Assembly (NCBI GenBank): GCA_028704015.1
Contig: JAQVLT010000004.1
Coordinates: forward strand, 6,052 to 70,051
Source of the DNA: Patescibacteria group bacterium
GTDB taxonomy: Bacteria; Patescibacteriota; Patescibacteriia; Patescibacteriales; JAQVLT01
Direction: 5' to 3'
Length of the DNA stretch: 64,000 nt
The notes beneath the pieces were generated by a model that did not search any database, was not told the DNA's origin, and saw only the letters and a program-made list of their open reading frames with translations. The translations under genes and the position numbers were made by a program. Below are positions 19,623 through 29,569 of this stretch, piece by piece; positions within the stretch are counted from its first letter, which is position 1, and every line of letters starts with the position of its first letter.

Positions 19623-22268
19623 TTATTTCGTCCTCATTACCACTTCATTCTTTATCCCCAGATCAATCACGATTTTATCGCCAGCCTTGACTTTTCCTTC
19701 AATAATTTCCAGGGCCAACTCGTCCAAAATCATATTTTGGATTATCCGTTTGAGCGGCCGGGCGCCAAAGGTGACGTCATAGCCTTTTTCTGCCAACATT
19801 TTTTTCACCTTTGCGCTGATATTTATATTTATTTCTTTATTTTTAAGCCGCTTCCGCACTTTATCCAATTCCAAGTCAACAATTTTAGTTAATGCTTCCT
19901 CGTTTAAATTTCTGAAAATTACAATCTCGTCAATTCTATTTAAAAATTCCAACTTGAAATGTTCTTTAAGAATTTTATCAATCTTTTCTTTCATTTCTTC
20001 TTTACGCATTTCCGCGGCATGTTTGGCATCGCTCCCGTCAGAGAAACCGATTGAATATTGTTTGATGACTTCATTACCAAGATTTGAAGTCATGATAATT
20101 ATTGTATTCTTGAAATTCGCCACTCGGCCCTTGGAATCAGTTAATCGGCCATCATCAAGAATTTGAAGCAGCATATTAAATACTTCCGGATGCGCTTTTT
20201 CTATTTCATCAAAAAGCACAACGCTATACGGACGGCGGCGAATCTTTTCCGTTAATTGCCCGCCTTCCTCATGGCCGATATAGCCGGGAGGGGAGCCGAT
20301 CATCCGCGCCACGCTGTGCTTCTCCATAAATTCGCTCATATCCAGCCGTATAAGCGCGTTTTCGTCATTAAACATAAATTCGGCCAAGGCCTTGGCTAAC
20401 TCTGTCTTACCGACGCCTGTGGGTCCAACGAAGAGAAACGAGCCAATTGGCCGCTTTTCCTCGCTAATTCCAGCTCTGGAACGCCTGATTGCGTTTGACA
20501 CTGCTTTAATCGCTTCTTTTTGGCCAACCACGCGTTTATTCAGTTCTTCCTCGGCTTTGCTTAATTTTTTTATTTCGCCTTCCAACATTTTGGAAACCGG
20601 CACACCTGTCCAGCGGGAAACAACTTTGGCAATATCTTCTTCGTCAACTTCTTCTTTCAAAATGCGCTGGCCTTTTTGCTGAATTTTTATCAATTCCGCT
20701 TCCAGTTTTTTAATTTCTTTTTCCAAACTCGGAATTTGTGAATATCTGATTTCCGCAACGCGCGTTAAATCATCACCCTTACGTTCGGTAATTTCCGCTT
20801 CAATCTTCAGTTCATCAATTTTCTTTTTGCTTTCACGGATTTTGGAAATAATATTTTTTTCATTGCTCCAATGAAGTTCCAGTTGATCAGCTTTTTCTTT
20901 AAGCTGTTCTAGCTCTTTGTTTATTTCTTTTAATTTTATTTCGTCTTTTTTCTCTTTTGACTTGGGCGAAACAATACCGGCCTTAGCGATTTCCAGGCGT
21001 TTAATTTCTCGCTTTAAATTATCTAATTCTTCAGGCATAGAATCAATATCCATGCGCAAAGCAGAAGTCGCTTCGTCAATTAGGTCAACGGCTTTATCCG
21101 GTAAAAATCTGTCGGTAATATAACGGCTGGATAATTTTACCGCGGAAATTATCGCATCATCGGTAATCCGAACGCCATGATGCACTTCATATTTTTCTTT
21201 GATGCCGCGAAGAATGGCAATCGCGTCTTCCTGGCTTGGCTCTGACACATAAATCGGCTGGAAGCGTCTTTCCAGTGCCTGATCGCGTTCAATATATTTT
21301 TGATATTCTTTTGTCGTGGTCGCGCCAATCGTGCGTAAATCGCCGCGCGCCAGAGCTGGTTTTAACATATTAGAAGCGTCCATCGCGCCTTCGGCTGCGC
21401 CAGCGCCGACAAGCGTATGAAGTTCATCAATAAATAAAATAACTTTGCCTTGTTGTGATTTAATTTCTTTGAGTACTGCTTTCAAGCGATCTTCAAATTC
21501 GCCTCTGAATTTCGCGCCAGCAATCATAGTGCCAAGATCAAGGCTTACAATCTCTTTGTTTTTTAAATTTTCCGGCACATCACCGGCAATAATTCTTTGC
21601 GCCAAACCTTCAACAATTGCAGTTTTTCCAGTGCCGGCTTCGCCTATTAAAACCGGATTATTCTTCGTGCGGCGAAGTAGCACCTGCATAATTCTTCTAA
21701 TTTCTTCATCACGGCCAATCACCGGATCTAATTTTTTCTGCCGCGCCATTTCCGTTAAATTAACTGTATATTTTTCTAGAATTTTATATTTTGTTTCCGG
21801 CTCCGGATCGGTAATAGTTTGCGAACCGCGCAATTCTGATAAAATTTTTAAAACTTTTTCGTATTCCACGCCAAGACTTAATAAAATTTCCTGGGCTTTT
21901 GATTTGATTCCGATTAAAGACAAAAAAATATGCTCAGTAGAAATGAATTCATCGCCCATTTTGTCCGCTTCTTTCTTGGAACGCTCCAAAATCATGGCAA
22001 CTTCAGCTGTGCCCTGAACCGCACCAATATTTGCTCCTTGAGCTATGCTTTCCTTGGGTAAATTTTCAATATCGGATAAAATTTTACTCTCTACAAAATC
22101 CGTATCAATGGATAGTTTTTCCAAAATTGGCAAAACTAAACTTTCTTTTTGTTGGAGTAGGGAAGCAAGCACGTGCAATGCCTCAATGTGCTGCTGGCCG
22201 TTGTCCTGCGCGATGATTTGCGCGTTAATAATCGCTTCTTGAGATTTATTGGTAAATTTATTGAACAT
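19623..22268 (-). CDS. clpB: Chaperone ClpB
   Basis: Two AAA+ modules ([16 protein letters not shown]), coiled-coil M domain, GARPL. Confidence 0.95.
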   Translation of the reverse strand: MFNKFTNKSQEAIINAQIIAQDNGQQHIEALHVLASLLQQKESLVLPILEKLSIDTDFVESKILSDIENLPKESIAQGANIGAVQGTAEVAMILERSKKEADKMGDEFISTEHIFLSLIGIKSKAQEILLSLGVEYEKVLKILSELRGSQTITDPEPETKYKILEKYTVNLTEMARQKKLDPVIGRDEEIRRIMQVLLRRTKNNPVLIGEAGTGKTAIVEGLAQRIIAGDVPENLKNKEIVSLDLGTMIAGAKFRGEFEDRLKAVLKEIKSQQGKVILFIDELHTLVGAGAAEGAMDASNMLKPALARGDLRTIGATTTKEYQKYIERDQALERRFQPIYVSEPSQEDAIAILRGIKEKYEVHHGVRITDDAIISAVKLSSRYITDRFLPDKAVDLIDEATSALRMDIDSMPEELDNLKREIKRLEIAKAGIVSPKSKEKKDEIKLKEINKELEQLKEKADQLELHWSNEKNIISKIRESKKKIDELKIEAEITERKGDDLTRVAEIRYSQIPSLEKEIKKLEAELIKIQQKGQRILKEEVDEEDIAKVVSRWTGVPVSKMLEGEIKKLSKAEEELNKRVVGQKEAIKAVSNAIRRSRAGISEEKRPIGSFLFVGPTGVGKTELAKALAEFMFNDENALIRLDMSEFMEKHSVARMIGSPPGYIGHEEGGQLTEKIRRRPYSVVLFDEIEKAHPEVFNMLLQILDDGRLTDSKGRVANFKNTIIIMTSNLGNEVIKQYSIGFSDGSDAKHAAEMRKEEMKEKIDKILKEHFKLEFLNRIDEIVIFRNLNEEALTKIVDLELDKVRKRLKNKEININISAKVKKMLAEKGYDVTFGARPLKRIIQNMILDELALEIIEGKVKAGDKIVIDLGIKNEVVMRTK

Positions 22269-22311
22269 AAAATTAGTAAATAGTAATTAGTAAAAAGTTA
22301 ATTTTAATTTA

Positions 22312-22338
22312 TTAGCACTCATAAGATGCGAGTGCTAA
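22312..22338. promoter_or_regulatory. CIRCE element (HrcA operator) of clpB
   Basis: Exact TTAGCACTC-N9-GAGTGCTAA downstream of a minus-strand TTGACA promoter. Confidence 0.95.
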
Positions 22339-22465
22339 TTTAAATATAAAATATACTAAAATTAATGTCAAGCGACAAATATTGACTAACAATTAATAAT
22401 ATAATATTGTTTTATTATTAACTAATTCTGCTCATTTTTCACATCAAGGGGGAGGGAAATTAAAA

Positions 22466-22912
22466 ATGAAAGCGAAAATAATTCAAGATTGGGCCTTGTT
22501 TGTTTCAGCTATTAGCCTTGCGCTTTTTCTTGACCATCGCTGCTATACGATGTTAAGCGGAGACAGCTATCCATGGTCGTCGTGGTGGCAAGTTTTTCCA
22601 CGCGAGCTTGCAAAATCCGCGACCATATCCGTGGTCTGTGCTTGCTTCCTGACCGTCCTAATCACCAAATTATTACTCAAGCTAGATTTTTTCTCTCAAA
22701 TTGAGAACAGAATAAAGCTTGAGCAAGAGAGACAAACTGTTTTTCTGGTTATGGCAGTAGGAGTGGCGACATTCTACTGCATATACGCAATAATTATGAA
22801 TAGTCTTGGCTCAACAGCCAATGCTATTCATAATATGGTATTGCAATCTTTTGTTTATATTGCTTGTCTTGTTTTATGTCTTTTTTTTACATTTATGATA
22901 AATAGAACGTAA
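22466..22912 (+). CDS. Orphan 4-TM membrane protein
   Basis: 148 aa; TTGACT promoter, AAGGGGGAGGG RBS, downstream hairpin plus T tract. Confidence 0.6.
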   Translation: MKAKIIQDWALFVSAISLALFLDHRCYTMLSGDSYPWSSWWQVFPRELAKSATISVVCACFLTVLITKLLLKLDFFSQIENRIKLEQERQTVFLVMAVGVATFYCIYAIIMNSLGSTANAIHNMVLQSFVYIACLVLCLFFTFMINRT

Positions 22913-22973
22913 ACTTCTCTTAGAAGTCATCTATGAATCCCTGTACTTCGTGTGCGGGGATATTTTTTATTAT

Positions 22974-23981
22974 TTACAAATTTTTATCGCATTTCGCGCA
23001 ATGCCCATGATTGTCAAATCTCTCAATATTATAATCGAAACGCCGGATCGCTAGCTCACCGCAGGCAGGGCAATAGGTATTTTCTTTTTCATCGCCCGGC
23101 ATATTGCCGGCATAAATATATTTAAGTCCAACATTTTTGCCGATTTCATAAGCGCGATAAATTGCTTCATTCGGTGTTGGCGATAAATCTTTCAATTTCC
23201 AGGAAATTTCCGGAGAAAATTTGCTAATATGCCAAGGCGTTTCTGCACCTAATTCTTTTACGATAAACTCAGCTAAACCTTTTAACATTTTCGTATCATC
23301 GGATAGAGTCGGAATAATTAAAGAGGTAATTTCCGTGTGAATTTGTTCGGCTTTTAATTTTTTTAAATTTTTTAAAACCGGCTTAACTTTTGCTCCGCAA
23401 TATTTCTGGTAGAATTTATCATCAATTGATTTTAAATCAATATTCACGGCATCAAGATAGGGGATTATTGCTTCCAAGCATTCGTCCGACATAAAACCAT
23501 TTGATACCCAAATATTTTTTAATTTATTTTTCTTAGCCAATTTCATAATATCCAGCGCATACTCGGCAAAAATTGTCGGCTCATTATAGGTATACGAAAT
23601 TGACTGGCAATTATTTTCTAAAGCTGTCTCAACAATTTCTTTTGGCGTAAAATACTTTTGACCCGCCTCTTCGGCGGGCAAGCTTTTTAACTTTTTTTGG
23701 CTAATATCCCAATTCAAACAATTGGCGCAGCGAAAATTACAACCAAAAGTTCCTAGGGAATATGTATAACTTCCTGGTAAAAAATGAAAAAGCGGTTTTT
23801 TCTCAATCGGGTCAATATTTATAGCCACCGGATAGCCATAAACTAAAGACTCTAAAATTCCGTTCTCATTTTTTCTAACTCCGCAAATTCCTACATTTCC
23901 ATCTTGAATTTTACAGAAATGATGGCAGAGGTTACATTGAACAGTTTTATTATTTAATTTTGTATAAAATTTTGCTTCCAT
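22974..23981 (-). CDS. amrS: AmmeMemoRadiSam system radical SAM enzyme
   Basis: CNLCHHFC...CGVR, DPIEKKPLFHF, GCNFRCANCLNWDISQ, YTYNEP, C-terminal CPAC/CAKC. Confidence 0.9.
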   Translation of the reverse strand: MEAKFYTKLNNKTVQCNLCHHFCKIQDGNVGICGVRKNENGILESLVYGYPVAINIDPIEKKPLFHFLPGSYTYSLGTFGCNFRCANCLNWDISQKKLKSLPAEEAGQKYFTPKEIVETALENNCQSISYTYNEPTIFAEYALDIMKLAKKNKLKNIWVSNGFMSDECLEAIIPYLDAVNIDLKSIDDKFYQKYCGAKVKPVLKNLKKLKAEQIHTEITSLIIPTLSDDTKMLKGLAEFIVKELGAETPWHISKFSPEISWKLKDLSPTPNEAIYRAYEIGKNVGLKYIYAGNMPGDEKENTYCPACGELAIRRFDYNIERFDNHGHCAKCDKNL

Positions 23982-24062
23982 ATTTATATTTTACCAAATT
24001 TAGACAAAAATAAAAGCTCCGCCTTTGATAACGGAGCTAAAATGTTCGGAAGACCGAGCGCC

Positions 24063-24257
24063 TTATTTTTCGGCAAATACCTCTTCAAGAGCGTGTAATC
24101 TAGCTCTCACTTCGGTCTTCACCTTGTCATCCTCGATAAAACCGAGGAAAAAGCAGAAAGGTTTTTTGTTTTTGACCGACTCGAACAAAATAAGGCAAGT
24201 AAGTTCGAGCAAATCCCAACCTACACTGTTCTTTTCCTCGTCTTCTATTTTTTTCAT
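24063..24257 (-). CDS. Orphan small protein
   Basis: 64 aa; minus-strand TTGATT-17-TAGATT promoter, AAGGGGGGGG RBS, terminator hairpin near 24012-24042. Confidence 0.5.
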   Translation of the reverse strand: MKKIEDEEKNSVGWDLLELTCLILFESVKNKKPFCFFLGFIEDDKVKTEVRARLHALEEVFAEK

Positions 24258-24375
24258 GCCCCCCCCTTGAATTTGAAATAATCGTTGTATTCATAACCCG
24301 CCCCACGCGAACATGAATTAGATTAATCTATCATAAAATATTGCTAAAATCAAGTAGTTTGGGTATTATTTAATT

Positions 24376-24930
24376 ATGGAGACTAAACGTCTATTTTTAG
24401 CATTAAATTTATCAAGCAAGGAAAAAGATATAATTTTCAGCACAATCGAAGTTTTGGCGGCGCAAAGCAACGGCATAAAATGGGTGGGGCCGGAAAATCT
24501 GCATATCACTTTGCGATTTTTGGGCGATATTGATACCGAATTAGAAGAAGAAATAAAATTGGAATTAGAAAAATTGGAAAATAACTTTGGCGAATTGAAA
24601 TTTCAGGCGAGAGATTTGAGTGCTTTTCCGAATTCAGACGAACCGCGCGTTATTTATCTTGACAGTTTTCAGACTAATGGCCAAACGGCTAGCAATTTGT
24701 ATTATAAAGTAAAAGAAATGGCGGAAAACTTCGGTATCAGAACCGACAATCGCCCGTGGACGCCGCACATTACTTTGGGACGAGTAAAAAACGATCGCGC
24801 CTATGCAAACTTAAAACAAAATTTCAGCGCTCTACCTTTTGATTTTTCCGTAACCAGTTTTGAATTAATGGAATCAGAACTAACTTTTAATGGCAGCGTT
24901 TATAGAATAGTGAGGAGTTATAAATTATAA
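24376..24930 (+). CDS. thpR: RNA 2',3'-cyclic phosphodiesterase (2H family)
   Basis: RLFLAL, two HITL motifs, ELMESEL...Y. Confidence 0.9.
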   Translation: METKRLFLALNLSSKEKDIIFSTIEVLAAQSNGIKWVGPENLHITLRFLGDIDTELEEEIKLELEKLENNFGELKFQARDLSAFPNSDEPRVIYLDSFQTNGQTASNLYYKVKEMAENFGIRTDNRPWTPHITLGRVKNDRAYANLKQNFSALPFDFSVTSFELMESELTFNGSVYRIVRSYKL

Positions 24931-25034
24931 TGACCCACAAACCAACAAATCTTTTCACAAATTTACAAATATTAAATAAAACATTCTACCTAAAATTTGT
25001 AGATTTGTTTACGAATTTGTTGATTTGCGGGTAA
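24931..25034. repeat. MITE-like inverted repeat built from ACAAAT units
   Basis: TGACCCACAAACCAACAAAT...ACAAATTTACAAAT pairs imperfectly with ATTTGTAGATTTGT...ATTTGTTGATTTGCGGGTAA. Confidence 0.7.
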
Positions 25035-25038
25035 TGGT

Positions 25039-26283
25039 ATGAATATTTTCGGCATTAAAATTTCCAATATTAAAAAAGACGAGGTCTTAAAAAAGATTGG
25101 CGATTTTTTAGTTGACGGAAAACAGCATTATTTAGTTACGCCCAATCCGGAAATACTCCTTCAGGCCGGCGAGGACGAAGAACTTTTTTATATTTTGAAT
25201 CACGCCGATCTCGCGATTCCCGATGGCATCGGGCTGAAATTCGCCGGTTGGTTTCTGGGAGAAAATCTCAAACGGATTACCGGCGCTGATTTGGTTTTAA
25301 AAATTTTGAAAAGTGCCGGAGAAAAAAATCTGAAAGTCGGGATTGTGAATTGGAACAAGGGATTGTCAAATAAAAAAGATATTTCAAATTCATTGAAACA
25401 AAAATATCCGAAATTAAATTTTGCGGTTGAAGATGTTAATCGCGAAGAAGCTAAGCTTCCTATAGGAAGCTTAGCTTCTGATTTTTTGAATTTCAATCCC
25501 GACATTCTCTTCGCCGCGCTTGGCGCGCCATATCAGGAAAAATTTATTTTTCATAATTTAAAAAAATTGCCTTCGGTTAAACTGGCGATTGGCGTGGGCG
25601 GCAGTTTTGATTACATTACTGAAAAAGCGCGTCGAGCGCCGAAAATCATGCGAAATTTAGGCCTAGAATGGCTCTGGCGACTTTGCGGCATCTTTTCCGG
25701 ACAAAAGGATTATAATCGCAAAAAAAGGATACTTAAAGCGATTTTTGCCTTTCCTTGGAAATTTATAAAATGGCGAATTATTTTGCCTTTTTTATATCGT
25801 AATAATGTCGCTTGCCTGATGTACAAAAGGGAAGGGAATAAGTATAAAATTTTTTTGGTAAAAAGACAGAACGCGAAAGATGAACATTGGCAGCTACCAC
25901 AGGGAGGAATTGATAAAAGCGAAAATTTATTTACCGCCGGCAAGAGAGAATTACGCGAAGAAGCCGGCACGGATAAATTCAAAGCGGTGATGGCCGAAAA
26001 AAATCTTCATAAATATACATTTGATAAAAAAATAAGCAAAGAGGAAAAACAAATGCACACGGGCTACAAAGGCCAAAAGCAAAGTTTGTTTATCGCCGAA
26101 TTTTTGGGAAAAGATGAGGATATTAAAATTAATTTTTGGGATCATCTTGGTTGGAAGTGGGTTGACGCGGAGAAATTGGTTCGCGAAGTGTATTTTTTAC
26201 GCCAACCCGCCGCGAAGATTTATTTGGAGAAGTTTAATACTGTCATTGCGAGCCCCGAAACTTCGGGGCGAAGCAATCTATAA
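25039..26283 (+). CDS. WecB/TagA/CpsF glycosyltransferase fused to an RppH-like Nudix hydrolase
   Basis: TPNPE, PDGIG, ALGAPYQE, GVGGSFD, RAP..LGLEW, then WQLPQGG...RELREEAG and YKGQKQ. Confidence 0.88.
   Translation: MNIFGIKISNIKKDEVLKKIGDFLVDGKQHYLVTPNPEILLQAGEDEELFYILNHADLAIPDGIGLKFAGWFLGENLKRITGADLVLKILKSAGEKNLKVGIVNWNKGLSNKKDISNSLKQKYPKLNFAVEDVNREEAKLPIGSLASDFLNFNPDILFAALGAPYQEKFIFHNLKKLPSVKLAIGVGGSFDYITEKARRAPKIMRNLGLEWLWRLCGIFSGQKDYNRKKRILKAIFAFPWKFIKWRIILPFLYRNNVACLMYKREGNKYKIFLVKRQNAKDEHWQLPQGGIDKSENLFTAGKRELREEAGTDKFKAVMAEKNLHKYTFDKKISKEEKQMHTGYKGQKQSLFIAEFLGKDEDIKINFWDHLGWKWVDAEKLVREVYFLRQPAAKIYLEKFNTVIASPETSGRSNL
25446..25479. repeat. 34-bp perfect palindrome in frame inside the WecG domain
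   Basis: AGAAGCTAAGCTTCCTA|TAGGAAGCTTAGCTTCT; encodes EAKLPIGSLAS on both strands. Confidence 0.9.
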
Positions 26284-26480
26284 TATTTGGCGATTTGAAC
26301 GAACAGCAAGCCATTAAAGATCGCCACGGCCTACGCCTGCCGGCAGACAGGCGCAGCCGAAGAATCTCGGAAAGCAAAATAAGCAGGTTTTATTTTATAG
26401 AAGGCGCTCAACGGTTTCACTGAGATCCCTGCCTGCCGGCAGGCAGACTTCGTTCCGAAGCTTCGGAACTCAGGATGACA
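26241..26480. repeat. Composite TGTC/GACA-tagged REP/RPE-like element with nested hairpins
   Basis: TGTCATTGCGAG..CGAAGCAATCT ... AGATCGCCACG; CGAAGAATCTC ... GAGATC..CTCAGGATGACA; four GC hairpins inside. Confidence 0.75.
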
Positions 26481-26490
26481 AAAATAAATT

Positions 26491-27498
26491 ATGTCCAACA
26501 AAATTACTAAAAAATATTTTAAATATTCAAGCGATAATAAAAATCTTGAAAAAAATATTAATCAAGTACTCTTAGAAACTAATTTTAAAATTGAAAAAGA
26601 AATTTTCCGCGGCGTTATTTACGATCAAAACAAAGTTGGCAGTATTATTTATAAGGGTAAATGGAAAAATAAAACCGCGATTCTGAAAATTCAATTTTTA
26701 AAAATTGAAATAGACGAAGTAGAAATTATTAAAAAATTTAATGGACTGAAAAAATTCAGAAATATCAGAGCGCCGCGATTATTTGATTATAAAAAATGGA
26801 ACGCAAAAAGCGGATATGGTTATTTGATTACGGAATATATTGACGCCCCGCAAATTTACAATGCGCCATTGGCGACTGATAAACAAATCAAAACTTTTGT
26901 AAATTTTTATAAAAATTATAAAGAAAAAATTTCCGATAAGCCATTTTTACGTATCGCGCCGGATAAAAATATCTATAATCTCACCGAGCGGCGCGTTAAC
27001 CATTGGCTAAAAATCGCCCAAGCCAAAAAGACGCTTGATAATCAAGACAAAATTTATTCGGATAAATTCTTAGCGCTCGCCAAAAAATATTCACCCAAGA
27101 TTAAAATGCAATTTATGCATGGTCATCTGATGAGCCGCGATATTTACCAAATTAACAATGAAAAATTTGTCTTAATGTCCAATTTATTTTGGTCATATCG
27201 ACCGGAGTATTACGACGCGGCATTTAATCTTTGGGCAGGAATCAAAAGCATTAGAGATTTAAAAATTAAATCGCAACAAGTGATTGAATACACGCAAAAA
27301 TGGTGTAATGAGTACAAAAAACTTGATTTCATCAAAAAGGACTATGATTTTGAGAAAAAATTCAATATAATGATATTGGAGAGATGTATTGGCGCTTTGC
27401 TTGTTGATATTGACAATCAGGATTACGAAAATAAGCCAGCATTACACAAAAAACATTTAAAAACAATTTTTAGAAAATTATTTGATTATTATTTTTAG
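26491..27498 (+). CDS. Protein-kinase-like (APH-fold) protein with atypical catalytic motifs
   Basis: AILK, LITEYID, HGHLMSRD, YYDAA. Confidence 0.6.
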   Translation: MSNKITKKYFKYSSDNKNLEKNINQVLLETNFKIEKEIFRGVIYDQNKVGSIIYKGKWKNKTAILKIQFLKIEIDEVEIIKKFNGLKKFRNIRAPRLFDYKKWNAKSGYGYLITEYIDAPQIYNAPLATDKQIKTFVNFYKNYKEKISDKPFLRIAPDKNIYNLTERRVNHWLKIAQAKKTLDNQDKIYSDKFLALAKKYSPKIKMQFMHGHLMSRDIYQINNEKFVLMSNLFWSYRPEYYDAAFNLWAGIKSIRDLKIKSQQVIEYTQKWCNEYKKLDFIKKDYDFEKKFNIMILERCIGALLVDIDNQDYENKPALHKKHLKTIFRKLFDYYF

Positions 27499-27499
27499 G

Positions 27500-27533
27500 G
27501 AAACTTAGTTTCGGGTACCCGAAACTAAGTTTC
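27500..27533. repeat. 34-bp perfect palindrome with self-palindromic arms
   Basis: GAAACTTAGTTTCGGGT|ACCCGAAACTAAGTTTC. Confidence 0.9.
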
Positions 27534-27547
27534 AACAAATACAGAAT

Positions 27548-29017
27548 ATGAAAAATATTCGTTTACGTTTTGCTCCCAGCCCTACCGGCTTTTTGCATAT
27601 CGGCAGTTTGCGGACTGTCTTGTTTACTTACGCGATTGTAAAAAAAATGGAGGGAAAATTTATTCTGCGCATTGAAGACACGGATCAAAAAAGAGAAGTT
27701 GAAGGCGCGACTGAGGAATTAATTAAATCTTTGGAAAAATTTAATATTAATTTTGATGAAGGTCCGCACGTTGGCGGTGATTTTGGTCCCTACATCCAAA
27801 CACAGAGATTGGAAATTTATAATAAACATTTAAAAGATTTATTGGCCAAGGGCGAAGCGTATCATTGTTTCTGCACGCCGGAAAGATTGGGAAAAATGCG
27901 CGCCGACCAAGCCGCCAACAAACAAGCGCCCAGATATGATCGCGCCTGCCGCGATCTGAGTCCGGAAATTGTGGAAGCAAAAATCAAAACCGGAGAAAAA
28001 TTTGTTATTAGGCAAAAAATGCCATTGGATGGCGTTGTTAAAGTGTTTGATGAAATCCGCGGTGAAATAATTTACAAAGCCCAAGATTTAGACGACCATG
28101 TTTTAATTAAATCAGACGGCGTCCCTACTTATCAATTCGCGTCCGTCGTTGATGATCATGAGATGGAAATATCACACGTCACTCGGGCCGAAGAATGGAT
28201 TCCGTCATTACCAAAAAATATTTTACTCTACCAATCTTTTGGTTGGGAGCCGCCAAAATTTATTCACTATCCCGCGGTCTTGAGCAAGAACGGCGGAAAA
28301 TTAAGCAAGCGCGACGGCGACGTGGCGGTTGAAGATTATTTGAACAAAGGATATTTAGTGGAAGCGATAATAAATTTCTGCATTCTTCTCGGCTGGCATC
28401 CGAAAGATGACAACGAAATTTTATCCATGAGCGAAATAATTGAAAAATTTGACTACAAAGACATTCGTCCGAGCGGTTCAATTTTTGATGTTGAAAAACT
28501 TGATTATTTTAATGGCTATTACATTAGACAAAAGTCGTTGGATGAGCTCGCAGAATTGTGCAAGCCATATTTGGAGGAAAATTTAGCGAAGACATCAGAC
28601 AAAAAACAACAGACAAAAGAATATTTAAAAAATGTCGTGCGGTTGGAGCAGGAAAGATTAAAAAAATTATCCGAAATAGGGGAGCGAACGGAATATTTTT
28701 TCACAGACAAACTGGAATACGACGCCAAGCTTTTGGTTTGGAAAAAATCAACTCCTGAACAGACAAAAGAAAATTTTGATCAAGTTTATAAAGTACTGGA
28801 AAAAATTCCAGATGATAGCTGGACAAACAACAGCATCGGCGATGCTCTGATGAGCCACATTCAAGCAGTCGGCGGCAAAAACGGCGATTATCTCTGGCCG
28901 ATGCGCGCGGCGCTGACTGGACGTGAAGCCAGTCCCGGACCTTTTGATGTTGCTGAAGTATTAGGCAAAGAAAAAAGTTTGGAAAGAATCAAAGAGGGGT
29001 TGGAGAGGTTAAGTTAG
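27548..29017 (+). CDS. gltX: Glutamate-tRNA ligase
   Basis: RFAPSPTGFLHIG (HIGH-like), LRIEDTD, KLSKR. Confidence 0.96.
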   Translation: MKNIRLRFAPSPTGFLHIGSLRTVLFTYAIVKKMEGKFILRIEDTDQKREVEGATEELIKSLEKFNINFDEGPHVGGDFGPYIQTQRLEIYNKHLKDLLAKGEAYHCFCTPERLGKMRADQAANKQAPRYDRACRDLSPEIVEAKIKTGEKFVIRQKMPLDGVVKVFDEIRGEIIYKAQDLDDHVLIKSDGVPTYQFASVVDDHEMEISHVTRAEEWIPSLPKNILLYQSFGWEPPKFIHYPAVLSKNGGKLSKRDGDVAVEDYLNKGYLVEAIINFCILLGWHPKDDNEILSMSEIIEKFDYKDIRPSGSIFDVEKLDYFNGYYIRQKSLDELAELCKPYLEENLAKTSDKKQQTKEYLKNVVRLEQERLKKLSEIGERTEYFFTDKLEYDAKLLVWKKSTPEQTKENFDQVYKVLEKIPDDSWTNNSIGDALMSHIQAVGGKNGDYLWPMRAALTGREASPGPFDVAEVLGKEKSLERIKEGLERLS

Positions 29018-29067
29018 TTTTGAATTTTGAAATAGATATTTTGGATCGGCAAAAAATTTAAAAACAT

Positions 29068-29502
29068 ATGGAAAAAAAATCTAAATTGGTTGTTTTAGGG
29101 CTTGTTGAAAATCAAAACCACGAATATTTGTTAAGCCAACGTTATGATCCTGACGTCCCTGAAGCACATTTAAAGTGGGATTTACCTGGTGGAACAAATG
29201 AATTTGGAGAAAGTTTGGAGGAAACGTTAGAACGAGAGATGTTAGAAGAAACGGGTCTAAAAATTGCAATAATTAAAATGTTTCCAAAAAGTATTTCTCA
29301 CCTCTGGAATCATAAAGATTTTAAGCAACATGCTATTGTTGTTTGTTATTATTGTAAGATGCTAGATGTGACTCTCCACTTAAACGATCACAAGATTCAA
29401 GATCTGAAATGGGTTCAATTTTCAGAACTTGATATGTATGATTTTCTTCCGACAACCAAATGTTTTATTGAAATACTGGTTAAAAATAATTTTTTACCTT
29501 AG
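29068..29502 (+). CDS. Nudix hydrolase
   Basis: PGGTNEFGESLEETLEREMLEETG Nudix box. Confidence 0.9.
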   Translation: MEKKSKLVVLGLVENQNHEYLLSQRYDPDVPEAHLKWDLPGGTNEFGESLEETLEREMLEETGLKIAIIKMFPKSISHLWNHKDFKQHAIVVCYYCKMLDVTLHLNDHKIQDLKWVQFSELDMYDFLPTTKCFIEILVKNNFLP

Positions 29503-29569
29503 CAACCTCAATATGAAAAAAAAATATTTTTTCCGGATTACTGCTTGTTCTTGGTTTAATTAATTAAAT

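Noticed and set aside
19608-22242. Plus-strand ORFs opposite clpB, and similar antisense ORFs in serS, lysS, gyrB and gpmI
   Set aside because: Shadow frames of conserved genes with no motifs
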